In this document: piece after piece, positions 51,490 through 64,000 of the stretch
Numbering within the stretch: position 1 is the first letter of the stretch
Layout of the letters: each line of letters starts with the position of its first letter
Notes under the pieces: generated by a model
What the model saw: the letters and a program-made list of their open reading frames with translations, nothing else
Database searches by the model: none
What the model was told of the DNA's origin: nothing
From: Lama guanicoe
Lineage: Eukaryota
Reading direction: 5' to 3'
Length of the DNA: 64,000 nucleotides
Assembly (NCBI GenBank): GCA_013239625.1
Contig: MU053166.1
Span: 62,001-126,000 of the forward strand
Made by a program: the position numbers and the translations under genes

Positions 51490-52630
51490 TTTTTACTTTT
51501 TTTTTATGAGATGATTTGAGAATTATAAAGTTGCCCACATAGTACAATAAATTCTCTTAAACTTTTACCCCAACTCCCTAAATGTTAACATATTTTACAT
51601 ACAATTTTTATTCTTCCCTTCCTTTCTTTGTTTCTCTCTCTAAACATATTTATAAATTCTCTTAAACTTTTACCCCAATTCCCTAAATGTTAGCATGTTT
51701 TACATACAATTTTTATTCTTCCCTTCCTTTCTTTGTTTCTCTCTCTAAACATATTTATACACATACACATACTGAAACCATAGGAGTACATATTGTCTAT
51801 ATATTTTTCTTTCAAAAGTTTGAAGTAAATTTGCAGATACACAAATTTGACATAAATTTATATTTACTTATAAATACCAGTAAAAGCAGTAAATTAGAAG
51901 TAAATTTACCCCTACATACTTCAGAGTATATTGCCTAAACATAAGGATATTTACTTACATAATCAAAGTAAGATTATCAAAATTGGGGAATTAATGTTAA
52001 TGATTGTTATTAAAACTTCAGAATTTATGCAAATTTTTCCTATTGTCTCATTAATTGTTTATTTTCACACACATAAAAAATTCTTTTCTGGGATCAAATC
52101 CAGGGTTACATGATGAACTTAGTTCTTTAAATTCTTTGTTTTCTATGATACTAACATTTTTGAAGAGTTCTGGCTATTCATTTTCTAAACTATTCCTTAA
52201 TCTGTGTTTGCCCAATTTTTATCATGATTAGAATCTAGGTGTGCATTTTAATAGAAATCATTATAGGAGGCACCTGATGTCAACTTTTCCCATTAATTGT
52301 GATCATATTTTGATCAGTAGATTGTAATGTTGTTGGCCAGGTTTCTCTACTGTATTTCCCATGGTAATCCTTAAGTGTCTGATGGAGATATCTTATAAAC
52401 ATTTGCTTCTCATCATATTTTTGCCTACTAATTTTAGTTTATGGTTATTCTTCCCTGAAATAATAAGATGGATGCCAAATGGTGGTATTCTAATTCCATC
52501 ATTTTCTTTTTGCATTACTTTGGAATCTGTGGTAAGAAAGTTTTCCCTTCTCCACCACTTGTATCTGTTTTGACTCATGAATTCTTATTTTGTTCTATGA
52601 CCTATAATATATTCTTCTCATTATGTCTTT
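51490..52630 (-). mobile_element. Old L1 3' end (L1MC-like) with ~105-bp internal tandem duplication at 51547-51759
   Basis: aaggatatttacttacataatca, tttttgaagagttctggc, atggtggtattctaattccatcatt. Confidence 0.6.
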
Positions 52631-52639
52631 TGTTACCCA

Positions 52640-53615
52640 AATGCCTCACTGGTTTTGAAAGCTGTGTCTCCCCATCTTCAGTAGACATATGTCTGATCAA
52701 GACATCTAGAGTATTTAGCGTTCAGGCTTCTTAGCACAAGGTCATCAATCTAGAAGACTAGCATAATGTTCCCTGGATAGTAAGACAGTCAGGGCCCCTT
52801 AGTCTACAGTATGGCACAAAGATAGAGAACTGACGTAGCCTAGAAGCAAGATGGTAAATATCTTCTCACATCTTCTGCTCAATTAAATGAAACAGCCTCT
52901 GGTGTTTTCTGTTGGAATAGGTGAAAAAACATTCCCCAGATCAATAGCTACATACGATATGTTTTCAGTCTCCAATAAGATGGTGGGTAGAATGGGAAAT
53001 GGTAGATAACATTAGAGCACTTTTCCATGTATATTTCAAGTCTTTGGTCATGGCATTAATTTCTTAAATTCTCTCCTAGTTATGGGTTAGCTTTTGATGT
53101 ACTAGGGAACGGTTAGGGAAGAGGAGAGCCAAAGATTTCTACATGGCCTTTCCTACCATAGTAAACCACTGTTCCAAGTATTAGAAGCCAAGATGGTGAT
53201 GTTCTCAGCTGCTAATGATTGCTATTATAGTATATGCTGCAAATATCAATAAATGGTTGATATTTTGGATGTTCCACTACAGGCATGGTGAGGTAGATGC
53301 ATGTCAAGTTTCTGTTGATCACCCAGTCTACTTAAATGCCATTACGCACCAGTGAATAATAGGGAATGTAGGTGCCCAGGTCATAATGTTTGCTTTGGCA
53401 AGCATCTGATAATGTAATGTGTAAGTACCTTAAAAGATGGCTGCAGATATCTTTGGTAAAGACTAGGATAAAAATACACAGAATATGGATGCTATGTGTT
53501 TTTCCTTAAGTATATCAAACTTCTGCTTTGTTCAAGGGGGCTATAGAATTATATATATGTGTATGTATATATAATCACTATAGAATTGACTCAGGTCTGG
53601 GAACTGGAATATAAA
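52640..53615 (-). mobile_element. ERV-L internal remnant (gag end, protease, RT N-half)
   Basis: Minus-strand translations in ERV-L order: QFPDLSQF (53583-53606), MVGKAM*K (~53140-53159), EINAMTKDLK (53034-53063), YVAIDLGNVF (~52925-52955), FTILLLGY, VF*IDD (~52741-52758). Confidence 0.85.
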
Positions 53616-56098
53616 ACATCAATGAGATACATACATATTTAGTCTTGGGTATCCCTTGAACAAATAATACTCAGTAAAGAGGTTATTTCTCAAGACTTGT
53701 ATCACTCTGCACAATGTGCTTGTCCCTGCACCCTGTTGTAGTCAGCCAAGCTGGCCTTCCTCTTATTTCTGTAACTTAAGGAGCATTACTTGTTTAGGTC
53801 CACCTATTACACATCCACCCTGACTTCATTTGCAGTGTCTCCTGACCACAGCATGACTTGCCCTAAAGTGAACAGCCTCAGAGGAACTTCCCAGAGATAC
53901 CAATGGACCCCTCCCCTCTGTGTTTCAAAGACTTGTTGAAGGACAGATAATCTCAGCTGTCTTGTGGTTCATAGTCAGAGACATGCCTGAATTTCCATCT
54001 CTTGAAATATTTAAAGCATTTGTAGGAAAATTTTGACATTTTAGTTTCAAAAAGAAGACCCACCAGCCATCATAGTTTTTTTAAAAAAATAACTATGTGA
54101 TTAAAACTGACCTTAGCTGCTCGAGGTAGCACATTATATCCAGAATATGTGAATGAACATTGATACGTTGACAACTGACATATTCAGCCTGACCTAATAT
54201 TAGGTTTTTGTTTTTAAAAAAATCACTCTCAAACCCACAGCCATACGCCTTCCACGGGTTTATGCATCTGTGGCACAAGGTAGAATATTCATTTATTATG
54301 ATTCTGTTATTGGGCAGTTGAGTATGAAAGAATTGGCTTGATCTTAAAAGGTAAGTACTTCACTTGAGTGTGCTGTGAAGCATTAAAGAGAAGGAAAAAA
54401 GGAACAGCAAAGAGATGAAGAAGAGGCCGCTTCAGTTGGCAGGGGAAGCTCAGGGAGGACTGAGGTTTGAAGGGAACTGTGAGTTTTGAAATTCCCCATC
54501 TACCTGTGTTTCACTCTGCAGAGCCCTTACTCATACAATCCACCTGCTGACTTTCACATAAGGGACCTGGAGAGTCAATGAATTAAATTGTCACTGCAGT
54601 TTGGCAACCTATAAAATAAACTTTTGTGTTAATTATTAGCTGCCTTACCACTGATGTTGCTGAAAATAACAGATTTTTTTAAAGGAATGTAGTGTCCCTT
54701 ATTTCAAGAAATGAAATAAAAACAATTTTAGGGATTTGACTGTATCATTCTTTTCCTTTAAATTATCTACTGCCCTTAGAAAAAGTTCCCCTGTGCTGCA
54801 TTTCTTGAATTACTTTTGCCCATCATGTGATTGGAAGAGCAAGGATCTCCCAAACTTGCTTACAATCGGCTCTGTAATCATGGTTATCATAGGGAATACT
54901 TTAATTAGTTAATACATAACTATTGTGGGCCAACCAGATGTCCATCCATTAGTGATAATGGGATTTTCATTGCTGTTAGCAGTAGAAGCAGATAATCAAA
55001 CACACATTTTAATTCATTTTAATCCAACTCTCTTGTCTACAATGTTCCAAAGGCTGAAACAGACAGGTTCACACTGGAAATCAGGAGAAATCATCTCAGT
55101 TGCAAGCAATAGAGAAAATTGGGAGGCTATCTGGATAATAAGGCTTGAAAAGTGAGCATAAACCAATAGTAGATCAAGAAGATGTGTCCAGAGCACCATC
55201 AACAGTACTATAACACACACCACTAAAATTAGGAAGGATATAGATGGTTCATACAACACAGCTAACAAGTGGGATGTAAGTAGCAAATATAGAGCCTCGT
55301 AACCAACAGGGAGAAAATCTCCATTCATCACAAAAATGTGCAATGTTTGCAGAGCTGTGGCTGCCTCTTAATTCTCAGAGTCGTTTCCAGGTACTCCTTT
55401 CCTAGTAAATACCAAATGGAATAACAGATGTCAAAAAATTCCTAGTGCTCCATGGGGATCCATCATGTTAGACTAATAGTTATGTAAGTGTCAATAGTAT
55501 ATAGATAGATATAATTGTACTTCATATATAATCAGTGTATATTGTGGTAGTACCATATTTCTTGAAAAAATGAGGGCATGACCGTCGTCCCAATCATTAG
55601 TAAGTTTCAATGATCAGTCTCTGAGATAAATCATGACAGAAGCAAGTCACTTTAACTGACTCTCTGGAACTAAGATTCAACTACAATAAAAACTTGCTAA
55701 CATATAATTTTGCAGAATCTATATAGATCAGTAATTATTGGTAATCTTACCCCTACCCCAAATAATTATTATAAAATTGAGTCATAAGAATAGTATAAAT
55801 AATTTCCAGTTTGGAACAAGTCCTATATTTGTCATCCACTTTCTATATAAAATATTTTGATATTGTGCCACAATCATAATTACACTCTATGGTGTTTTAT
55901 GGTATCACAGGATACCAGCTTAAATGTTATGAGGAAGGCCTTTATTCTTTATTTTTGAAATTTCCTCTCTTAGTTTCAAGCATGGCCAAACTTCTCTGCA
56001 GGTTTTTATGCAGTGAGTGATTATATCCTACTTAATTTTTTGAACATGAACTAATATTTAATGAGTATCCAGTGGCCACATGACAGTGCAATAAACAT

Positions 56099-56325
56099 GG
56101 AGGGTGGGAAGGGGTAGACTGGGATTTCAAAATTGTAGAACAGATAAACAAGATTACACTGTATAGCACAGGGAAATATACACAAAATGTTATGATAAAT
56201 CACAGAGAAAAAAATGTGACAATGAGTGTGTATATGTCCATGTATGACTGAAAAATTGTACTGAACACTGGAATTTGACACAACACTGTAAAATGATTAT
56301 GAATCAATAAAAATGTAAAAAAAAA
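56099..56325 (+). mobile_element. Young L1 3' end
   Basis: ggagggtgggaaggggtagactggg...gaatcaataaaaatgtaaaaaaaa; aaacat on both flanks. Confidence 0.85.
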
Positions 56326-57879
56326 CATTCTTTTGTTTAAATGTCTATTTATTCTCAGACTGCAATGTCTTTTTAAGATACTGAGAATCTTAGCAGTTTC
56401 ACAATATGAAAAACCATAATAGTCCCCTTATGAAGAATTATCACTGTTGAAAATATCCCGAAAACCAGAGAAAGAAACATCATGTCTCTGAATATTAATA
56501 ACTTCCAGAGTTGCAAGTTCTTACAGATCTATTTTTTTCAGATATTGAACAGCATTCTGAATAGTTGCAGCATATCAATAAGAAAAAGAAAATGAGTAAT
56601 GTAAAGATAAACTCTGTATCTAATATTGACAAAATTAATTAAGTCCTAAAAGGAGTTGAATGTCATTTACTATGAAACTAGGAGTGAAGATTTCTGGGGG
56701 AACTGGTATCAATGATATAAATAAATGTGTACAATAACCAAGCTGAAGTACAAGTCTTATCCTACAACGCGTATCTGAAATCTAAAAATATTTCTGACAA
56801 CATAAGGCAGACAAACCTGAGTTGGAATGAGGGCTCCGAGTTCTTTCCTTATTGGTGGACAGGTAGGGGTGGGTGAGTATTGAGGCCAGGGGCTATGAGT
56901 AAATCTAGGAACCCTCTTGATACAGTCTGGAGGGCGGGGGCTATGGCCTTATCTGAAAGATTGATATTGAGATTGGATAATAAAATATAATGCCTTGGCT
57001 TTGTTTACCTAAAATTATCTATCGGAAACTTCTACCAGGCAGTCATGGACTAGAAGATTACCAGATCTCCCTGATAGCAGGGAGGTCTGCAGACTGTCAC
57101 CCACTCCACAGCTACGGAGGACTGAGCCTAGGGGCGATCACTGGGAACATCTGGGGTATAGCTGGATCAGGCAAAGAATTCACAACTTTTTGTGGTTCAC
57201 TTGATCTGCTCCAATTCTGTTGACATATCAAGGTGGTGAAGAGATCTACACAGAGGATTTATTTGTTAGGCATCCTGACTGCTTGTTTGGTAAAAGAAAT
57301 GTAAAAGCTTTTTCAGCATTGGGTGGGGGAAAACCATGTGAAAACTGCATGTGTTCCAACAGTTACTGGGCTACCTGGAAGGCAAGAAGAGAAATTTGCC
57401 AAAACAAAACAAAACAAAACAGCCTATGATATGAAAGCTGTTAGTCTTTGCCATCATCCTGCTTTCCACTGTGAGAAATAGTGGAAAGTACCTTTTTAAT
57501 GAGAGGAGTAGTAGACCTGGAATGGAGTCATCTGTAGTAGCTTTGATCAGGTACAGGTTGTAAACAGTACAAAGTATTTTGAAACACTAGGCAAAGAGTG
57601 TGTTATTTCATCTGTATGCTAAAAATGATTTGAGTCCTGTCTGTAAAGAGTAGTTATTAGACATCAGATAACAAAAAGCAAGGATTCATTCTGCACCTTT
57701 CATTTAAAAAAATGCAGCGATGTTCTTGAGTGGATTAAATGTATGCCCTTTTACCTGAAACCAGATTTTCAGTACTCTCCATTATGACATACAGCTTTAT
57801 TGTCATAAACCTAAATGTGGTTCTACAAAGATTCAGTGTATGAATTTTCCATAGCTTTATCTGTGATAAAAAATAGTTA

Positions 57880-58100
57880 CGATCAATCAGTGCTGTTTGT
57901 CAGGCATTTTTCTCAGCAATTTATATAATTTACCTTAGTTTAGTCTTTTCAATAACCCTAAGAATGGAAAGCAGTCATTATCTCCCTTATTATAGATGAA
58001 GAATTTGCAAGTCAAGGTGATTATCTTATCCAAATAATCAGAGATGGAGCTAGGACTGGTACCCAGGTCTGACTCACTACAGGTCCTTGCTCTTTGTTAA
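57880..58100 (-). mobile_element. MIR remnant
   Basis: caataaccctaaga...tatagatgaagaa...gagctaggactggtacccaggtctgac. Confidence 0.65.
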
Positions 58101-58189
58101 TCTGTACTGCTACCAAGGCAAGTTGTATTTGACTCTGCTGATGGGCAGAAAGATGTTCTATAGAGGAAGGTGCATTTATTTACTTATGT

Positions 58190-59290
58190 ATATGTTGGTT
58201 ATAATTTTTCTTCATGTGATGAGAACTTTTAGGATTTAGTCTCTTGGCAACATACAAATATAAAATCAGCACAGTGTTAACTATAGTCATCACGTTGTAC
58301 ATTGTATCCCTAGTATTTATCTATCTTATAATTAGAAGTTTTTTCCTTTTGACTACCTTCATCCAATTCCCTCACACTCTATCCCCTGCCTTTGGTAACC
58401 ACAAATAGGATCTTTTGTTCTATGAGTTTGTTTCTTTTTTTAGATTTTCCATATGTGACAACATATAGTATTTGTCTTTCTCTGACTCATTTCACTTAGC
58501 ATAATGCCCTCAAAGTTCATCCATGTTATAGCAAAGGGGAGTATTTCCTTCTTTATGGCTGAATAGTATCCTCTGAAGGCTAATAATATAGAATATCTTT
58601 TCAGGTGCCTTTTTGCCATCTACATACATTCTTCAGTGGACTTTCTCTTCATGTCTCTGTCCATTTTCTAACTGGATTGTTTTTCATTGTTGAGCTTTGA
58701 AAGCCCTTTATATATTCTAGATACAAGGATCTGGCATATTGACTTTGTGTCCTGCTAACTTGTTGAACTTGTTTATTCTAATCTTATGTGTGCACATTTC
58801 TTAGGATTTTCTATGTGCAAGATCATGTAATTTACCATTAGAGAAAATTATACCCCTTTATTTCCAATCTAGATACCTTTTAATTTTCTTGCCAACTGCT
58901 TTGACTAGAACCTCCAGTAAAACATTGTGTAGAAGCATCAGCAGCAGACATCCTTGTCTTGATCTTACTTTTAAGGTTATTTAGTCTTTTACAGCTAAGT
59001 GAGTTTTCATAGATGCCCTTTATAAGGTTGAAGAGATTCTCCTTTGTTCTCATTTTTTGGAATTTTGTTTCATTTTAAATCATAAAGTAGTGTTGAATTA
59101 TCTAAGATATCTTTTCTCTATCTATTGACATGATTATGTTTTTTTATCCTTTAATCTACTGTTATTATGTATTACATTTACTGACTTTTGACTGTTAAAC
59201 CAACCTTGTATTCCTTGGATAAATCATACTTTATCATGTTACATACTTGTTTTTATATAATTGTATTTCTGCATTTGTATTGCTGGTATT
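58190..59290 (-). mobile_element. Old L1 fragments with internal deletions
   Basis: gttaactatagtcatcacgttgtacatt, tttcacttagcataatgccctcaa, gacatccttgtcttg. Confidence 0.75.
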
Positions 59291-59604
59291 TTGTTACTGG
59301 AACTGTTCTTACCAAAGTATTTAGTGACCTTCTAAGAATCAAACTGTTAAGTCCTGTAGCATTTGTTTATTGACATAGCATCTGTAATAATTTTACATCG
59401 TTCCATAATATTTTTCTTTTATCACATGAAAAACCATCAGCCTTTCAGGTCCTCCCCCTGGCTTTACCATAACCTGATGTCTCTCTTCATATCTATTATT
59501 GATAGCACATATTTTTATGTCTCCTTGAGATCACATTATTCTCAAAATTAGGGATTTACTTTTCTTCACTTTTGATAGTGCCTGTTTCTTTGAATACTTT
59601 CAAA

Positions 59605-59740
59605 TTCTTCCTTTTCTTCCTCCTCCTCCTCCTTTTTCTGTTTCCTACTCTCTCCACTTCTTTTCCTTTCCTTTCCTTTTCTCCTCTTCCTTCTCCCCCT
59701 TGTCTTCCTCCTCCTTCTGTCCTTCTTTTCCCTTTCTCTG
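59605..59740. repeat. Polypyrimidine low-complexity tract
   Basis: Almost exclusively C/T. Confidence 0.9.
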
Positions 59741-61699
59741 ACTAAATGAATAAATAAATATAGAAAACTTAATGCACAGGGAACTGTTTCCTATTTAACC
59801 CTAACTGTAAGCTATTAACTCAGATGTGTGTTGGAAAGAGAATAGAAAAGCTGAGAAAAAAGGACAGAGTTGTAGTGAATTCAGACACTGAAATGTCAGA
59901 GTAGAATTAGAGAGGACAAAAGAAGAGTCAGGACAAGTTCCTTGTATAAATTAAACTAAGCATTTGTAGCTTGCTATGTCAGTGTTTCCCAGAGTATGCT
60001 TTATGTGTTTTGCATTAAACCAAGTATATAGTCATTTATGTTTAGAAATTTATGGTAAAACAAAACTAAGTGACTCCTTAGAGAGCCTGGTAGGATGGGC
60101 TCTATTGCTAATATGAAGCGATCATAGTAGCTAGCATTTCTCAATCATATGTAACCAGGAATCAATTGAAAAACCCTACAGCAGTCACCTGAGGACTGAG
60201 GCATGCTGTTGTTGGGGAAAATCCAGTTTCCTTCTCATTCAGAGATGACACGGTGGTGGATGGGTATAACTCAATATTCTAGATTTTAAAATATTATCAT
60301 TCAGGTCAATTTACTAAGTTTTTGTTCACATGTTATAAAATTAGACCATTAGTAGTTTAGGTAAATATAAACATGTGATGTTTATAGAAAATGTCTTATC
60401 TGAAACCAATTCCTCAGCTTGGTTAAACTTGTTCCTTAGTTTCTGATTTCTTGGTACAAAAGAAGAGTGTGAACTAGTATTTTAAAGTATCAGCATAACA
60501 ACAAAAAATTCAAAAAAGGAAATGCAATTGCAGACTAAACCCTTAAAAACAAACTATGTATTTATTCATGTTGTTATCATATAGCAAATTCAGTAAAATA
60601 GGGAAATATGTAGTGATTAATAAAAAAGATGCTTAAAATCCTACAATAAAAGTAATATTTTTAAAGAAAATTTTATGTTTATGTTTTGATACTACAAAAG
60701 AGACAGTTATTTCAGTGTTAAATCTGACTTACCTGAAAAATGTACTTCTAGCAAAGAATAAAAAACTAGAACTAAAAATTACCTTTATATTTTCAGGGAA
60801 ACATGTTAACTCTGAAGTCTAAAATTTAACAAATAGATTGTAAAAGTAACATAAATTTCATAATGAATCAAAATAAGAGTCAATAAAATGAAATATGAGT
60901 TATTTAAAAAGATAAATAGTAATTTTCCTTTGTCCACACTAGTTAAGGAAGGTGCTTTTTTCATAAGTTAATTAATTTGATCAACTGAAATTTATCTAGG
61001 AAATTTCCCCAATATTCCCCCTTTTAACACTAAAACTGTTAATTTTCACTCTCTACTGTATCTTGAACCCTCCTTTTGATTTTACTTCTACTGTCAGCCA
61101 CATAATTTAGGCCCTATTCCCTGACAAGTCAACCACTTTTGTGACTTTCAATTTGTCCACCTGCTCTAAAGTTCCTCTGATGATTACTGAAATGTGTTTC
61201 TGAGACTCTTGATTATGTCCCTTTCTTCTTGAAATTCATTGAGCCACATTAGTCATAGTATAAAGTAAAATTCCATTATCATAGCAAGAATGAGCCATCA
61301 TGATCTATTCCTTGTCCTTTACTTCTTTCAAATTTGGAAATTAGTTTATGCCAAAAATTGTGCTCAGAAGTACCCAATGGTTTTGAACCTGATGTATTCC
61401 CAAAATTTCTTCTTCTTCTCTTCATATTTGGCTATTTGTAAATCATTCTTAAACTTTAAAAATCAGTTATAATGGTTGCTTCATTCATAGTGTAAAAATC
61501 TCTACTTGGATTTAGTGAGTCCTTTCTGTGTGCTGTATAACTAAATTTACACACCAGTAGGTACCTGTCTCATTGTATGTCATTCACTTCCAACCAATTT
61601 TAGCATAGGACAATTTCACTGATCTTTACATCTTCATTGTTAGCAAATGTCTAAAATATATCTATTAGATATTCAGTAATTTAGTAACTTATGCTAGCT

Positions 61700-62020
61700 T
61701 TTTCCTAAACCATTTTCTACTTCCTGGGCCAGATTAATTTTCCCAGTTTTTTCAGATTTTTTGCAGTTAAGTAGGGTCATATAACCATATTTTACTCCAT
61801 GGAAAGTGAAATGAAGTTGTCTGCTTTCAGGCCTTCACACTCTTTTAACCCCAGCAATCTTAGAGAATGGCAAAGCAATAAAATGTAGGGATGCTGAGTC
61901 CATGGAGATATTTCCTAGGAAGAGAGTCACCTGCCAGTCATGAATACTCAGAATTTATCTGAGCAAGAAATAAATTTCCAAAGCTCATGACTTAACAAAA
62001 TAGTTTATCTGTTCCATTAG
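61700..62020 (+). mobile_element. MLT1-like (ERVL-MaLR) solo LTR
   Basis: ttgcagttaagtagggtcat...gaatggcaaagc...gctgagtcc...tgagcaagaaataaattt. Confidence 0.55.
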
Positions 62021-62698
62021 CTATCTTATATTAAATAATATGTTTTTGAATTTGTTTGAACATGGTTTAGCATATTTTGAATATGTTTAACTGAATTTGG
62101 TTTACCCATTAAAATTAGTATACAATACAATATTAAATATAAAAGTAAAATTGATTAATAATAGAGTGTTCTGCACCAAATATTTTATGTTAATTTTCTC
62201 TAATTTGTTATTCTGGTTTTATAAATGTAAAACTGAGATTTAGAAGGATGAACAGTTATTCCAGTATATAGAGCCAGTTGTGTGGTCTCAACTCAAACAA
62301 TCAACTGGAGACTTATATTCATCCTTCTACACCACAACATCCTAAAATAATTCTAGACTGCTGTGATGATTCAGAAGGCTCTTTGAGAGCAAGTGTACTG
62401 ATGTGAACATTGGTCATCACTCTGGGTGTGAGTCAGCATATGTCTATCTTTAGATTAGTGTGCCAATTTTCTAAGAAATCATCCTCAATAATATGGCCTT
62501 AACATTGTCTTATGGATCTACAGCTGAGTCAATTGTATATGTCAATCTTTTAAAGGGTTTGAGTTTTCTGACTATATAAATTTTGAATAATGGAGTGTTT
62601 ACTCACATTGCTCATTATATAGTACAAATTCAACTATAGGAGGAAGGATAATAAATACTACATCTTATTCAAATTTGCAGCAAACAGATTTTGGCTAG

Positions 62699-62932
62699 GT
62701 TCTGATATAAGAAATCACTTAACTATCATTAAAGCTATTGGTTTCTACTTTGTTGATTAGTAATGACAATTATAGCTGCATTGTTTTAATTAGCTGTTAA
62801 CTATCACAAACTTTGGTTCAGATATAAGACAGATGTCATTTAACCATCACTAAAGCATTCAATTGCCACTCTGTTGACTAGTGATGACAACTATAGCTGC
62901 CTTGTTTTAATTAGCTAAAAACTATCACAAAC
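62699..62932. repeat. Diverged ~120-bp tandem duplication
   Basis: Both units run ggttc(t/a)gatataaga...tatagctgc(a/c)ttgttttaattagct...aactatcacaaac. Confidence 0.85.
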
Positions 62933-64000
62933 TTAAATAAATAGGGTTTCCATAATGGAATAATCCAAAACACAAATACAAATGGAATATTTATTTGGTG
63001 TGGGATGAAATAATAAAATTTTAAAACTTTATTATTAGTAATGATGTTATAATATCATAGAATGCATTTTTATAAATTAAACATAATCTTGATTTATTAA
63101 AATAAATTGTGAAAAACACCAAATATGCCACACTTTTTTTTTTTCATTTTTGGATATGGCCCTGAAACTGTAGGGTATCTCTGCTGCACTGTTCAATTTG
63201 AAATGTCATCACATGTGCATTAATTAGTATCACATCATCTTTTACCTTTTATCTAAAGGCAGACTATTGCTTTTACATAATTTTCTTAGAATTCATAACA
63301 GTGATTCTGAGAACATCTTCCATTTCTACTCTTACCTTTTTAAAGCTCTTGCCCAATTACTCACTTGCCTAAATACATTATAGTATTTCCAGATCCTTGT
63401 CAGCTGGGAGGGAAGGGGCATCACTGGGTTCCAGGCTCTCACACCACCCCTCTCACACCTTTCAGTTACTTTTTAATTTTCTAAATAGTTGCCTATCTTG
63501 TTTCACAAAATGAGATAAATTGTAACAGATTTGAAGATATCCTAAAGCAAAGTTGAAAGTCATTAATATGAAGAAAAAAACTCTGATAAGGAGAAAAATC
63601 CACCTGAGATGGTAATTTTGATGGTCAAGTCTCTAACTGAGCTCATAGTTTTCCCTTAGACATAGCAATGAGGGGAATATAATTATTGAGAAAATATTTT
63701 TGAAGCACTTGGTTAAAAAATAAGTTTCTCATGTGATATTGTTCACAAAGATAGTGATAGGAGAATGTCAATCATAGATTGGAAGCAAATATTTTGAAAA
63801 AGTATAGTGATGATTTTTATATAATTCTTTCTTGTAGATTCTGTACTTAATAACCCAGAAGACATCATTGTGCAATTAAGCAAACAAAAAATAATTTACA
63901 CATAGATAAGCATGTAGATCCAGAACGAATTTTTTAAAAAGATAGAATTTAAAGTGTCCACATTATAGTATTATAGTTCTCCGTTAAAATATCTGTTGTT

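Noticed and set aside
1..64000. CRISPR array, operon or novel prokaryotic-type system
   Set aside because: The DNA is mammalian and repeat-rich, with no repeat-spacer periodicity and no gene-dense segment.

Overview
Mammalian (eukaryotic) non-coding DNA, AT-rich and repeat-dense. It is most likely camelid, judging from two tRNA-derived Vic-1-type SINEs and many copies of one young L1 3' end. I find no credible intact protein-coding gene, RNA gene or CRISPR array; the ORF track is L1 ORF2 remnants, N-gap artefacts and chance ORFs. Recognisable content: many L1 fragments of several ages, L2/MIR/CR1 remnants, DNA-transposon MITEs (MER53, Tigger2-type, MER20, MER58A), a decayed ERV-L gag-pro-RT segment, a 5'- and 3'-truncated processed CKS2 pseudogene, and three assembly gaps. 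The most interesting signals are structural: a ~217-bp-arm inverted duplication with a (TTAGA)5 centre nested in an old L1 and hit by a twin-primed L1; a double-poly(A) insert that looks like an L1 3' transduction; an unidentified ~210-bp retroposed segment present twice; a young-L1 patch replacing part of an old L1 inside a ~1.1-kb duplication; and several tandem duplications. I see no evidence of a new multi-gene system. Repeat family names are recalled by eye and percent identities are visual estimates, not computed.
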